Below, piece by piece: positions 1 to 8,796 of a stretch of 32,000 nucleotides of DNA. Made by a program: the position numbers and the translations under genes. A model generated the notes under the pieces. It did no database searches. It had not been told where the DNA came from and saw only the letters and a program-made list of their open reading frames with translations. Each line of letters opens with the position of its first letter. The stretch's first letter is position 1. The stretch spans positions 1,470,001 to 1,502,000 of the forward strand of contig NZ_CP011391.1 in NCBI RefSeq assembly GCF_001564455.1. The letters run 5' to 3'. Origin of the DNA: Faecalibaculum rodentium. GTDB taxonomy: Bacteria > Bacillota_I > Bacilli_A > Erysipelotrichales > Erysipelotrichaceae.

Positions 1-1198
1 CCGGCCGTCCTGCCACTGCCGATTTCTTCGAAGGATACTTTCCTTTTTTGATCCCCCGATACGTCAGCAGACACACCGTCTCAATGTGATCCGTGTTCGG
101 GAACATATCCACGGGATAGATCGTATCCGTCAGGTAGCCGAAGCGCTTGAACTTCACCAGATCCCGCGCCTGGGTTCTCGGATCGCAGGAAATGTACAGG
201 ATCTTCTTCGGCTTCAGACCGCAGGCCGCTTCAATGAAGGCCTCAGTTGTTCCCGCCCGCGGGGGATCCAGCACGATCGCATCAAACGAAGAATGGAACT
301 TTCTGGCCTCCAGCATGAACTGCGTGGAGTCCATGGCCACAAACCGCGCATTGCGGATGCCATTCTGCCTGGCATTGTAGATGGCATTCTTCACCGCATC
401 CTTGTTGATCTCCACACCCGTGACCTCGCTGCAGGCATCTGCCAGCGTCAGCCCAATGGTGCCCACACCACAATAGGTGTCCAGGACCTTGTCCGCCGGC
501 TGCAGGTCCAGCAGCTGCTTCGCCAGTCCATAGAGCTTCTCGCACTGATCATGGTGGATCTGGTAGAAGGCACTTGCCGTGAAGGAAATCTTCAGACCAC
601 AGAGTTCGTCCGTGATCATGCCATTGCCATACAGCACAATGGATTCATCCTGCAGCACCACACTCGTGTCCCGGGGATTGATGTTCTGGATCACCGTCTT
701 GACCTGCGGGAACTCCTTCACCAGGGCATTGACGAAATTCCGGCGCCCCGGGAGCTGTTTCGAGCTCGTGACGAGCACCACCATCACCTCACCGGTTTCC
801 TTCGCCCACCGCAGCAGCACATGGCGCAGGATACCGGTCCCGGTGTGTTCGTTGTAGAGCTCATACTTCATGCCGGAGACCGTTTTCGTGATGAAGTCAA
901 TGATTTCATTCAGCAGCTGCGGATGCATCGCACAGCCGCTGGTGTTGATCACCCGGTGGCTCTTTGGCGCATACAGCCCGCTGTAGATCTTCTTGTCTTT
1001 GTCCTTCGCAAATCCGACAATCACCTTGTTCCGGTACCCGATGGCACTCTGCGCCATGATCACCGGCTCGACCTTCACCGAAAGATTTGCGTTTTTCATG
1101 ATATCCGTGACCTGTTCCTGCTTCAGTTTCGCCTGTTTGACACTCGGCACCGACAGCAGCGAACAGCCGCCGCATAATTTCTGTACATTGCATCGCAT
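1..1198 (-). CDS. 23S rRNA (uracil-5-)-methyltransferase, RumA/RlmCD (TrmA) family; C-terminus runs off the left edge
   Basis: Translated by hand from the minus strand; absent from the ORF track because there is no stop in the window. ATG at 1198-1196 follows GAGGAAACAGAGG. N-terminus is MRCNVQKLCGGCSLL (Cys cluster as in RumA). SAM-MTase motifs VLDTYCGVGTIGL and AIVLDPPRAGT are present, then ILYISCDP...DMFPNTDHIETV. The 363-aa plus ORF 86..1177 is its antisense shadow. Confidence 0.85.
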   Translation of the reverse strand, partial: MRCNVQKLCGGCSLLSVPSVKQAKLKQEQVTDIMKNANLSVKVEPVIMAQSAIGYRNKVIVGFAKDKDKKIYSGLYAPKSHRVINTSGCAMHPQLLNEIIDFITKTVSGMKYELYNEHTGTGILRHVLLRWAKETGEVMVVLVTSSKQLPGRRNFVNALVKEFPQVKTVIQNINPRDTSVVLQDESIVLYGNGMITDELCGLKISFTASAFYQIHHDQCEKLYGLAKQLLDLQPADKVLDTYCGVGTIGLTLADACSEVTGVEINKDAVKNAIYNARQNGIRNARFVAMDSTQFMLEARKFHSSFDAIVLDPPRAGTTEAFIEAACGLKPKKILYISCDPRTQARDLVKFKRFGYLTDTIYPVDMFPNTDHIETVCLLTYRGIKKGKYPSKKSAVAGRP

Positions 1199-1379
1199 GG
1201 GATGACACCTCTGTTTCCTCATTGTTCTCTCTGCAACCCCAGTCAGCAGGCCGATGGATGCAGACAGCATGCAAGATCCCGGAACCGCTGCAGATTTCAC
1301 CGCCTGCAGGAACCGGACTCTGTTTCATTATAAAAGCTGGCGGCCGCAAATCTCCATGGTTTGAACCACGCCTTCCGCT

Positions 1380-1952
1380 TCAGTCTGTTTCCAGGCCGGC
1401 AAACGGCACGACTTCCCGGGGGGTTGCCGGATGATCCGACAGGTGTTTTTCCATCCACACCATGTCATACCAGCGTCCGAACTTATAACCGCATTTCTCA
1501 AATCGTCCCACCAGCCGATACCCCAGGTGCGCATGAAAGTGCATGCTGTTGTCATCCAGCCAGGGATCTTCCACCCCCGTCTGCGGTACTCCGATGCAGG
1601 CATTCAGATTGATGATCCCCTGTTTTCGCAGCACATCCTCCAGGGCTTTATAGAGCCGACGTCCCAGTCCCTGGCCTTTGACTGACGGGTGCAGATACAC
1701 CGTGGTTTCCACCGCCCAGTCATAGGCCCGGCGCTCTTTGAAGGCCCCGGCATAGGCGTACCCCAGCAGAAGACCGTCTTTCTCTGCCACCAGCCAGGGA
1801 TAGCGTTCCATCGTCCGCAGGATCCTGCCCCGGAACTCTTCCTCCGTCGGCATCTCCCACTCAAAGGTGATCGCCGTATGCTCCACATATGTACGGTAGA
1901 TTTCCAGCAGCTCCCTGGCATCCTTCGGCTTTGCCCTTCGAATTCTGACCAT
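1380..1952 (-). CDS. GNAT N-acetyltransferase, phosphinothricin/methionine-sulfoximine acetyltransferase-like
   Basis: 190 aa. IRRAKPKDARELLEIY...ITFEWEMPTEEEF...GYAYAGAFKERRAYDWAVETTVYLHP...GQGLGRRLY is the typical PAT/YwnH-type GNAT layout. RBS GGAAAGGAAAG lies upstream of the ATG. Confidence 0.8.
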   Translation of the reverse strand: MVRIRRAKPKDARELLEIYRTYVEHTAITFEWEMPTEEEFRGRILRTMERYPWLVAEKDGLLLGYAYAGAFKERRAYDWAVETTVYLHPSVKGQGLGRRLYKALEDVLRKQGIINLNACIGVPQTGVEDPWLDDNSMHFHAHLGYRLVGRFEKCGYKFGRWYDMVWMEKHLSDHPATPREVVPFAGLETD

Positions 1953-2202
1953 AGTCTTTCCTTTCCTGTCCCAGCCGATCCCGGAAACCAGGTATGGCTT
2001 TCCTGACCGGCAGTCACCTTATCAGGATAGGACGGATTGGTGACACTTTCCACACAAATATGGCTGTTCCCCTCAGGAACAGCACTGTCCGGACCCTCCA
2101 GGCCGATGGTGGACCCCCGGTCTCCCTCGCTGCTTCCTGTTACTGCTTCCTGCCGATATGCACCCTGCAGCCCTGACAGCAGACAACAAAAAAAGCGATG
2201 GG

Positions 2203-2793
2203 TCAGGATGCCAGCTGCAGGGCCTGGTGGACCATCGCCTGGGGATTCATCATGGCAAAATCCATAGGCTGAATCACGCCTGTACGCCGCCGCTGTTCTT
2301 TGGGCAGCTGGTGGAAAGCCGCCGACGCCTGCGGGGCATACAGCACCACATCCGCTTCCCGGCTTTTTTCCGGTGCAAATACCGCCGCACAGGAATCCGC
2401 CTCGATGTTCCACCCATGCTGGGCAGCCATTTCGTTGATCGCGTGCGCGGCAACCGAGGAGGAGAGGCCGGAGCTGCAGATGATGAGCAGCTTCATGGGA
2501 TGGCTGGTCTGCATGAGCCAGTTGTCACGGACATCCTGCCGGTGCAGGGCTTTGAAGAAGGCATGGATGTGATCGAGAAACAGGATCGCATCATCGCCGT
2601 CAAAGTGGGCCCAAAATCCCAGAGCCGGGATTTCCATTTCCACGATGTGACCTTCCCATAGGCGGATGAACCCGCAGGTCCCGTCGCTGACAAACCATAT
2701 TGACTGCATTGTTTCACAGAACAGTGCACCTGGCAAATGGCGGACCTGGTCGAAGGTCGCCCTGGCCAGCGCACTGGTATAGTCGTGTTTCAT
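2203..2793 (-). CDS. Two-domain protein: unknown ~100-aa N-terminal domain fused to a PTS EIIB (lactose/cellobiose-type) domain
   Basis: C-terminal half MKLLIICSSGLSSSVAAHAINEMAAQHGWNIEADSCAAV...ADVVLYAPQ matches the EIIB-Lac/Cel pattern, with the phospho-Cys in (I/V)C(S/G)xGxSSS. I do not recognise the N-terminal 100 aa. No SD precedes the internal Met, so the fused ORF is preferred. The RBS at the annotated start is weak. Confidence 0.6.
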   Translation of the reverse strand: MKHDYTSALARATFDQVRHLPGALFCETMQSIWFVSDGTCGFIRLWEGHIVEMEIPALGFWAHFDGDDAILFLDHIHAFFKALHRQDVRDNWLMQTSHPMKLLIICSSGLSSSVAAHAINEMAAQHGWNIEADSCAAVFAPEKSREADVVLYAPQASAAFHQLPKEQRRRTGVIQPMDFAMMNPQAMVHQALQLAS

Positions 2794-3085
2794 GATGCCT
2801 ATCTTACGAATTTGGGGCAGTCTTGTCTATACATTTGCACACCTGTTCAGCCAAGTGAATACAGATATCGCAGAGAAAGCGCTGACAGTCAACCGTGCTG
2901 GCTGGGCTGCCAAAGGCAGCCCATCAGCTCCGTTGGCTGTAACCGATTGATGATGAAGGGTCGCAGGTGAGAGTTATCCGGGTTTCAGATTGTGTGATGT
3001 GTACCTTGCTCATGCCTGTATCTGAAATCAGAGCACAGCACTATTCTGCACATTTCGCCTTCACTTTAGAACATTCCACTTCATC

Positions 3086-3130
3086 CTAAAGCGGCGAAAC
3101 GGGTCAGCAGGACCTCCTGCCGACCCGTAT
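3086..3130 (-). terminator. htpG terminator hairpin
   Basis: Minus strand just after the htpG stop: CGGGTCGGCAGG-AGGT-CCTGCTGACCCG (12-bp stem, one G.U), followed by TTTCGCCGCTTT. An outer AAAGCGGC/GCCGCTTT pairing is also possible. Confidence 0.6.
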
Positions 3131-3138
3131 TGGCCGCT

Positions 3139-5022
3139 TTATGCGATCAGTTCCGTGACTTTTCTTGCATAGTCAATGGGATCCTTGACCGGGAAGCCTT
3201 CGATCAGCAGCGCCTGGTCATACAGCACCTCGGTGATGGCCTTCGCCTTCTCCGGATCGCTCTGCCAGGTGTTCTTCAACAATGCGAAGATCTTCGAATC
3301 CGGGTTCACTTCCAGGATCCGGTCTGCCTTCAGCGGCGGCATGCCGGAATCCTGCTGTGCAGCCATCGCCGCATAGACTTTCTCCATCTCGAACGACAGC
3401 CCGTTGCCGGCCACCAGCATCACGGGATCATCGGCGAGTCGCGCGGACAGACGTACCTCGGATACCTCCGGCAGGGCCTCTTTCATGAACGAAAGCAGGT
3501 CCTTGTTCTCCTCCGAAGTCTTCTCCAGCTGTTCCTTTTCTTCCTCGCTCTGAAGATCCAGGTCAGCTGAAGAAGCATTGGTGAAGGGGTGATCCTTGTA
3601 CTGACCCAGGGTCTGCATCACGAACTCATCCACTTCAGCCGTAAGGATCAGTGCCTGGTAGCCCTTCTTCTGCAGCGACTTCACGACCGGCAGCTTCGCA
3701 GCCGCTTCGGTGTCCTTCGCCGAAACATAGTAGATGTCCTTCTGGTCCTCCGGCATCGCAGACACGAATTCCTGCAGTGTGACGGGCTTTCCGCCATCTG
3801 TCGTATAGAACAGCAGCAGGTTCTCCAGCTTGTCACGGTCAGCCCCGAAGGAAGAGTAGATGCCGAACTTGATGTCCAGCCCGAAGTTCTTCCAGAACTT
3901 CTCGTACTGCTCCCGGTCCTTCGCCAGCATCGCACCCAGTTCATTGAGCACCTTGCGCTCGATCCGGTTTTTGATCAGACGCAGCTGGTGGTCGTGCTGC
4001 AGCATCTCACGCGAAATGTTCAGGGACAGATCCTGCGAATCCACGAGCCCCTTCACAAACCGAAGATACGGCGGCAGCAGCTCCTCGCAGTGGTCCATGA
4101 TGAACACACCCCGGGAGTACAGCTGCAGACCCGGTTTGTAGTCCTGGGAATAGAATCCGTCAGGCACACGACTCGGGATATACAGCAGCGCCGTGAAATC
4201 CACGTTGCCTTCCACATTGAAGAAAATCGTCTTCATGGGATCCGTGAAGTCAAAGAAGTGCTGTTTGTAGAACGTCGACAGCTCTTCCTCCGTGACCTCC
4301 GCCTTGGGGCGTTTCCACAGCGGCACCATGGAATTCAGTGTCTTTTCCTCCGGCACGGTCCTGGTCTCGCCATCCACTTCCTGCGTGGTCTCCACCGTCA
4401 TGCGGATCGGGTAGCGGATGTAGTCAGAATACTTCTTCACCAGATCCTGCACACGGTAGCTCTGCAGGTATTGCGAGTAGTCCTCCTGGTCGTCATCTGC
4501 CTTCAGGTGCAGCACCAGCATGGTGCCCCGTTCTTCCTTGTCACAGGCCTCGATCTCATAGCCATCGGCTCCCTGGGACTTCCATTCCCAGGCCTCTTCG
4601 CTGCCCGCCGCGCGGGTATAGACCGTGACTTCATCGGCCACCATGAACGCCGAGTAGAAGCCGACACCGAACTGGCCAATGATATCAGACTGGTCCTTGT
4701 CCTGTTTCTTCAGCTCTTCCTTGAATGCCAGGGTGCCGCTCTTGGCGATCGTGCCCAGGTTTTCCTCCAGTTCTTCCTTCGTCATGCCGATGCCGTTGTC
4801 GCTGATGGTCAGCGTGCGGTTCGTTTCATCGAGTTCGATCCGGATCCCGAGGTCTCCGGGTTCCTCGTGGTGCTCCAGCGCCCAGTGATAGTACTTGTCA
4901 ATGGCATCCGAAGCATTGGAGATCAGCTCCCGCAGGAAGATCTCCTTGTGTGTGTAAATGGAATTGATCATCAAATCCAGCAGCCGCCGGCTCTCCGCCT
5001 GAAATTCTTTTTTCTCAGCCAT
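3139..5022 (-). CDS. htpG: Molecular chaperone HtpG (Hsp90 family)
   Basis: MAEKKEFQAESRRLLDLMINSIYTHKEIFLRELISNASDAIDK is the canonical HtpG N-terminus (GHKL ATPase). Full length is about 627 aa. I moved the start to the second ATG (5022) because GGAGGTGA lies 6 nt upstream of it; the track ORF starts at 5037. Confidence 0.95.
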   Translation of the reverse strand: MAEKKEFQAESRRLLDLMINSIYTHKEIFLRELISNASDAIDKYYHWALEHHEEPGDLGIRIELDETNRTLTISDNGIGMTKEELEENLGTIAKSGTLAFKEELKKQDKDQSDIIGQFGVGFYSAFMVADEVTVYTRAAGSEEAWEWKSQGADGYEIEACDKEERGTMLVLHLKADDDQEDYSQYLQSYRVQDLVKKYSDYIRYPIRMTVETTQEVDGETRTVPEEKTLNSMVPLWKRPKAEVTEEELSTFYKQHFFDFTDPMKTIFFNVEGNVDFTALLYIPSRVPDGFYSQDYKPGLQLYSRGVFIMDHCEELLPPYLRFVKGLVDSQDLSLNISREMLQHDHQLRLIKNRIERKVLNELGAMLAKDREQYEKFWKNFGLDIKFGIYSSFGADRDKLENLLLFYTTDGGKPVTLQEFVSAMPEDQKDIYYVSAKDTEAAAKLPVVKSLQKKGYQALILTAEVDEFVMQTLGQYKDHPFTNASSADLDLQSEEEKEQLEKTSEENKDLLSFMKEALPEVSEVRLSARLADDPVMLVAGNGLSFEMEKVYAAMAAQQDSGMPPLKADRILEVNPDSKIFALLKNTWQSDPEKAKAITEVLYDQALLIEGFPVKDPIDYARKVTELIA

Positions 5023-5047
5023 GATTGTCACCTCCATGATGTGAGTC

Positions 5048-5089
5048 AGTATACACCTGTTTTTGGCATATTCAAGTGTTGAGTGCCAA
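5048..5089 (-). promoter_or_regulatory. Putative htpG promoter (-35 TTGAAT, 16 nt, -10 TATACT) overlapped by a CIRCE-like inverted repeat
   Basis: Minus strand reads TTGGCACTC-AACACTTGA-ATATGCCAA, then AAACAGGTG-TATACT. One arm, TTGGCACTC, is 8/9 to the CIRCE arm TTAGCACTC; the other arm is degenerate. The N9 spacing is conserved. Confidence 0.4.
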
Positions 5090-5233
5090 ACGGGTGTTCC
5101 TCACCTAATTGTATCCCGGCAGAACATGGGTCCGATGCCTGATGCCCGAAGAGAGCCACTGCGAAAAACCCGGCTCCCTGTCCGAAACCGGCGTGGTGAC
5201 AGGGCTGGCAGATCCGGTCCCTTTTCCTCTTCC

Positions 5234-5821
5234 TTATTTCCCTTCTGTTTCCCGCAGCACCCCGGTGACGATCCGCCAGTCATCCTCCGACTGCTCCTTT
5301 GTATGACCGGCATATTCCCCCATATAGGGCTGGAATCCCAGGCGGCTGTAGAGCTTGATCGCTCCGTAGCTCTGGGACTGCGTGGAAAGATACAGCGGGT
5401 ACTTCTCCGGCATCCTGTCGTACTCCTTCGCCAGCGCCGTGATGATGGACTTCGCCAGACCCCGGTGCTGGTGGTTCAGGCCCGTTGCCACCCAGTGCAG
5501 CCGCAGCCGGTCCGGGAAATCGTGTCCCGGGAACAGACCGGCGGTTGCCGCCAGGTCACCTTCTGGTCCCAGAACAAACCGGAAGTGTTCCCGGAGCATC
5601 TCCGGGGCCTCGTTCATCATTTTGTCCCACTGCGCCAGTCCCGCCTCCTGGTCAGGCACGAGCCCGGTTTCAACCATCAGTGCGGCCCAGGGCTGGCGGA
5701 AGGATTCCCGCCAGGGGGCATACGTGTAGCCTTCGTGCAGCGGGGTTTCCGTATGGATCGTCTTGCGGGGCAGGACCATGAGGACCTTGGTAAACGGTAT
5801 ATTGGTATCACATATTGTCAT
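5234..5821 (-). CDS. GNAT family N-acetyltransferase
   Basis: C-terminal core LHWVATGLNHQHRGLAKSIITALAKEY...LYLSTQSQSYGAIKLYSRLGF is a GNAT motif A/B (Q/RxxGxG/A-like HRGLAK). The start is uncertain: the track ORF begins at 5863, and I prefer the ATG at 5821 (MTICDTNIPF). Confidence 0.6.
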   Translation of the reverse strand: MTICDTNIPFTKVLMVLPRKTIHTETPLHEGYTYAPWRESFRQPWAALMVETGLVPDQEAGLAQWDKMMNEAPEMLREHFRFVLGPEGDLAATAGLFPGHDFPDRLRLHWVATGLNHQHRGLAKSIITALAKEYDRMPEKYPLYLSTQSQSYGAIKLYSRLGFQPYMGEYAGHTKEQSEDDWRIVTGVLRETEGK

Positions 5822-6056
5822 GCCCTGATTGTACCAGCCGCCAGAGGTCCCTGTCACCGGCAATTCTGGACAGGAGCCCTGAGGTTCTGGATGCAGATGG
5901 TGGCAGGTACACTCAACTCCATGACCGCCCCCGGCTGCTCATCCCGGAAACATGACAAATCCGGAAGGACCGTCACGAAAAAAATCCGAAAAACCGTAAA
6001 AAACAAATGTTATATCATTTAATTTTGTGCTATTATGCCTTCGGAGGAATTAAGAA

Positions 6057-6749
6057 ATGAATACTGAAGCACTGACTGAAAAAACACTCGCGGCGATGTT
6101 TGACCACACGCAGCTGGCGCCGGACGCCACGGAAGAAATGATGAAGAAGCTCTGTGACGAAGCCCGGGAAATCGGGACAGCCATGGTGGCCATCAACCCG
6201 TACTGGGTTCCCTTCTGCAAGGAACAGCTGAAGGGTACGGACGTGCATGTGGGCGCTGCCATCGGCTTCCCCCTGGGTCAGAATACTCTGGCAACCAAAC
6301 TGTTTGAAACCCGCGATTCTCTGGAGGAAGGTGCGGATGAGATCGATTATATGATCAACCAGAGCAAGGTGAAGGCCGGCGACTGGGACTATATCGAGAA
6401 GGAAATGCGGGAAATCACGGAAATCTCTCATGAATTCAACGCGCCGTGCAAGGTGATCTTCGAGAACTGCAACCTGACAAAGGACGAGATCCGGAAGATT
6501 GCGGAGATCGCGAAGAAAGTCGGCATCGATTATGTCAAGACGAGCACCGGCAAAGGCAAAGGCGGTGCGACGGTGGAAGACGTGAAGCTGATGAAGGACA
6601 CGGTGGGCGACACCTGCAAGGTGAAGGCTGCCGGCGGCATCCGTGACTGGGAGACATGCAGGGCCATGATCGAAGCAGGCGCCGAGCGCATCGGAACCTC
6701 AGCTTCCCTGAAGATCCTCGAGGAATTCAGACGCTCTCGTGAACAGTAG
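6057..6749 (+). CDS. deoC: Deoxyribose-phosphate aldolase
   Basis: 230 aa. FDHTQLAP...GAAIGFPLGQ...EIDYMIN...DYVKTSTGKGKGGATVEDV...VKAAGGIR is the DeoC/LacD class I aldolase signature, with the Schiff-base Lys in VKTSTG. Strong RBS GGAGGAATTAAGAA-ATG. Confidence 0.9.
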   Translation: MNTEALTEKTLAAMFDHTQLAPDATEEMMKKLCDEAREIGTAMVAINPYWVPFCKEQLKGTDVHVGAAIGFPLGQNTLATKLFETRDSLEEGADEIDYMINQSKVKAGDWDYIEKEMREITEISHEFNAPCKVIFENCNLTKDEIRKIAEIAKKVGIDYVKTSTGKGKGGATVEDVKLMKDTVGDTCKVKAAGGIRDWETCRAMIEAGAERIGTSASLKILEEFRRSREQ

Positions 6750-6941
6750 TCCGAAGGACTGCTGTTCACTACAGCGTCTGTAAAGTTCGCGCTTTGTTTC
6801 CGGGGTGAGGCAAAATGCCGGACTGTGGCTCGATCCATCCGGCTGGACCATCATCGGCAGGATCTGTATAAGCGCGTCCGATGATATCCCGGGATATCTA
6901 TCGTTGATTACACGCATATCGCAAGAAAGGAATGCAATGAG

Positions 6942-7853
6942 ATGAAACCGCTGATTCTTGGCAGTCTGCCTGATTACACGATCTGGGGAGCAGACAACAT
7001 TTCGAAGGCCCGTGGTGAAGACAAGGCGTACGGGACGTGGTGGGAGGTATCGGCTCACCCGTACTGTCAGTCGCCTGTCCTGAACATGCCGGGCAAAAAT
7101 CTGCTTGAGGTGATTGAGGAGAATCCGGAGGAGGTCCTGGGACCGGGGCTGGGTCTGCATGAAATGCTGCGTCTGGCATGGCTGGACACGAAGGACCGTC
7201 TGTCGATCCAGGTGCATCCGCAGGATGACAATGCACCGGAGGGAGATTTTGGGAAGTCGGAATCCTGGTATGTGCTGGATGCCAAACCCGGCGCAACGCT
7301 GGTGGCTGGCACAAAGACAACGGATGCTGATGTCATCCGGAAGGCACTGGAGGACGGGACGCTGGATGAATATCTGGTAAAATGGCCTGTGAAGAAGGGC
7401 GACTTCATATACATTCCGTCAGGGATGCTGCACGCACTGGGGGCGGATATCACGGCAATCGAAGTGGGAACCAATTCCAACACCACGTACCGGTTCTATG
7501 ACTATGGCCGGACAGATGTCCAGGGCAACCCCCGGCCGCTGCATTTGAAGGAGTCTTTTGAGGTCACGGATTTCTCCCTGAAGCCGGTGTTCGTGCCGGC
7601 TGCGGATGAAGACCATGTCCTGGCGGATGCACCGCAGTTCACGGTCACAGAGCGCTTTATCGGGGAGGAACCGGTGGAAATAGAAACCGGTGAGACCTAC
7701 TTTGTTCTCTCCAACATGGGAGAAGACACAGATGTGATCTGGAACGGTGAGGCGTTCCCCCTCAAGGCACTGTCCAGCGTTGTGATTCCCTGGAGTGCCG
7801 GCAAAGTAACATTGAAGAACGCACACGTTCTGGAAAGCAGACCCAAAAAATGA
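6942..7853 (+). CDS. manA: Class I mannose-6-phosphate isomerase (cupin)
   Basis: 303 aa. SIQVHP, GKSESWYVL, IPSGMLHALG and YRFYDYGR are the metal-binding and signature motifs of Firmicutes type I PMI. Confidence 0.85.
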   Translation: MKPLILGSLPDYTIWGADNISKARGEDKAYGTWWEVSAHPYCQSPVLNMPGKNLLEVIEENPEEVLGPGLGLHEMLRLAWLDTKDRLSIQVHPQDDNAPEGDFGKSESWYVLDAKPGATLVAGTKTTDADVIRKALEDGTLDEYLVKWPVKKGDFIYIPSGMLHALGADITAIEVGTNSNTTYRFYDYGRTDVQGNPRPLHLKESFEVTDFSLKPVFVPAADEDHVLADAPQFTVTERFIGEEPVEIETGETYFVLSNMGEDTDVIWNGEAFPLKALSSVVIPWSAGKVTLKNAHVLESRPKK

Positions 7854-8719
7854 AAACAATTTTAGTAACAGGCGCCAATGGATATCTGGCAAGCTACTGC
7901 CGGATGCTGAACAGTGACAAATTTCACTGGATCTGCATGACGCGAAAGGATGCGGATCTGTCGGATCCCGAGAGTGTGAAGAAATTCCTGGAGACGGTGA
8001 AATTCGATCTCTGTTTCCACACGGCTGCGAATGCAACGACAGCCCTCTGTGAGGAGAATCCGGATCTGGCACACAAGATCAATGTGGAGAGCACGCAGAT
8101 GATCATCGACGCGTGTCGGAAGCAGAATGCGCGGCTGATTTTCTCGGGCACGGAACAGTCCTTCAATGGCAAGGTCGAGCACGGTCCCTTCCAGGAAGAT
8201 GAGCCGATGAATGCCGTCACGGTGTACGGGCAGAACAAGGCTGAATGTGAGGGTCTGATCGAATCCCAGCTCACGGACTACGTCATCCTGCGCTATTCCT
8301 GGATGATGGGTCTCTCCTTCCCGGGAATCAAGGCAAGTCCGAACATCATCGCGAATGTGATGAATGCTTTGCTGCACGATACACCGACGCTGTTTACCTG
8401 CAACGAGAAGCGGTGCATGACGTATGCAAAGCACCTGGCCGAACAGTTTGTGCAGATCACCGAACTGCCCACGGGTGTGTATCACATTGCGGCGGACAAC
8501 GACATGACGACGTACGAGAGTGCGGTCTATGTTGCAAAACAGCTGGGTGCCAGCGAAGAGGCCATCAGCCGGCTGATCCTCCCCAACCATGACCGGTACG
8601 CAGACCGCTTCCGCGACTACCGTCTGGATGCTTCCAAAGCTGCATCCCATGGACTGCATTTTGGCACCTTTGACGAAAATGTCGCCGAAGTGCTCAGGGA
8701 CTTCAACTGGAAGAAATAG
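7850..8719 (+). CDS. NAD(P)-dependent SDR, dTDP-4-dehydrorhamnose reductase (RmlD)-like sugar-nucleotide reductase/epimerase
   Basis: MKTILVTGANGYLAS is the Rossmann TGxxGxxG. The catalytic YxxxK is present (VYGQNKAECE). Length 289 aa. The ATGA overlap with the manA stop (7850-7853) suggests translational coupling. Confidence 0.7.
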   Translation: MKTILVTGANGYLASYCRMLNSDKFHWICMTRKDADLSDPESVKKFLETVKFDLCFHTAANATTALCEENPDLAHKINVESTQMIIDACRKQNARLIFSGTEQSFNGKVEHGPFQEDEPMNAVTVYGQNKAECEGLIESQLTDYVILRYSWMMGLSFPGIKASPNIIANVMNALLHDTPTLFTCNEKRCMTYAKHLAEQFVQITELPTGVYHIAADNDMTTYESAVYVAKQLGASEEAISRLILPNHDRYADRFRDYRLDASKAASHGLHFGTFDENVAEVLRDFNWKK

Positions 8720-8796
8720 CCTGCAAATCGGGCAGGCAGCCGGATTCCGGAAACGGAATGCGGCTGCTTCCCCGTTTAAAAGAAAGGTTTGATTGT

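Noticed and set aside
86-1177. 363-aa plus-strand ORF
   Set aside because: It is Arg/His/Leu-rich with no recognisable motifs, and it lies exactly antisense to a rumA-like gene that has clear SAM-MTase motifs.
1968-2018. ZTP (pfl) riboswitch-like strings on the minus strand (UGACUGCCGG ... CGGCUGGGA) upstream of the GNAT gene
   Set aside because: Only the two short core strings resemble the motif. There is no P1 helix partner for the sequence preceding UGACUG, the spacing (29 nt) is too short for P2, the P1 3' strand and the linker, and the downstream gene is not a purine or folate gene.
3589-5082. 497-aa plus-strand ORF
   Set aside because: It is the antisense shadow of htpG. Its composition (R/L/H/Q-rich) is typical of the reverse frame of a GC-rich gene.
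5063-6022. 319-aa plus-strand ORF
   Set aside because: It overlaps the GNAT gene in antisense and crosses the htpG promoter region. Its composition is Arg/Pro-rich.
6733-6768. 14-bp hairpin GTGAACAGTAGTCC-GAA-GGACTGCTGTTCAC spanning the deoC stop
   Set aside because: No U-tract follows, so it is not confidently a terminator. It may still influence read-through into manA.
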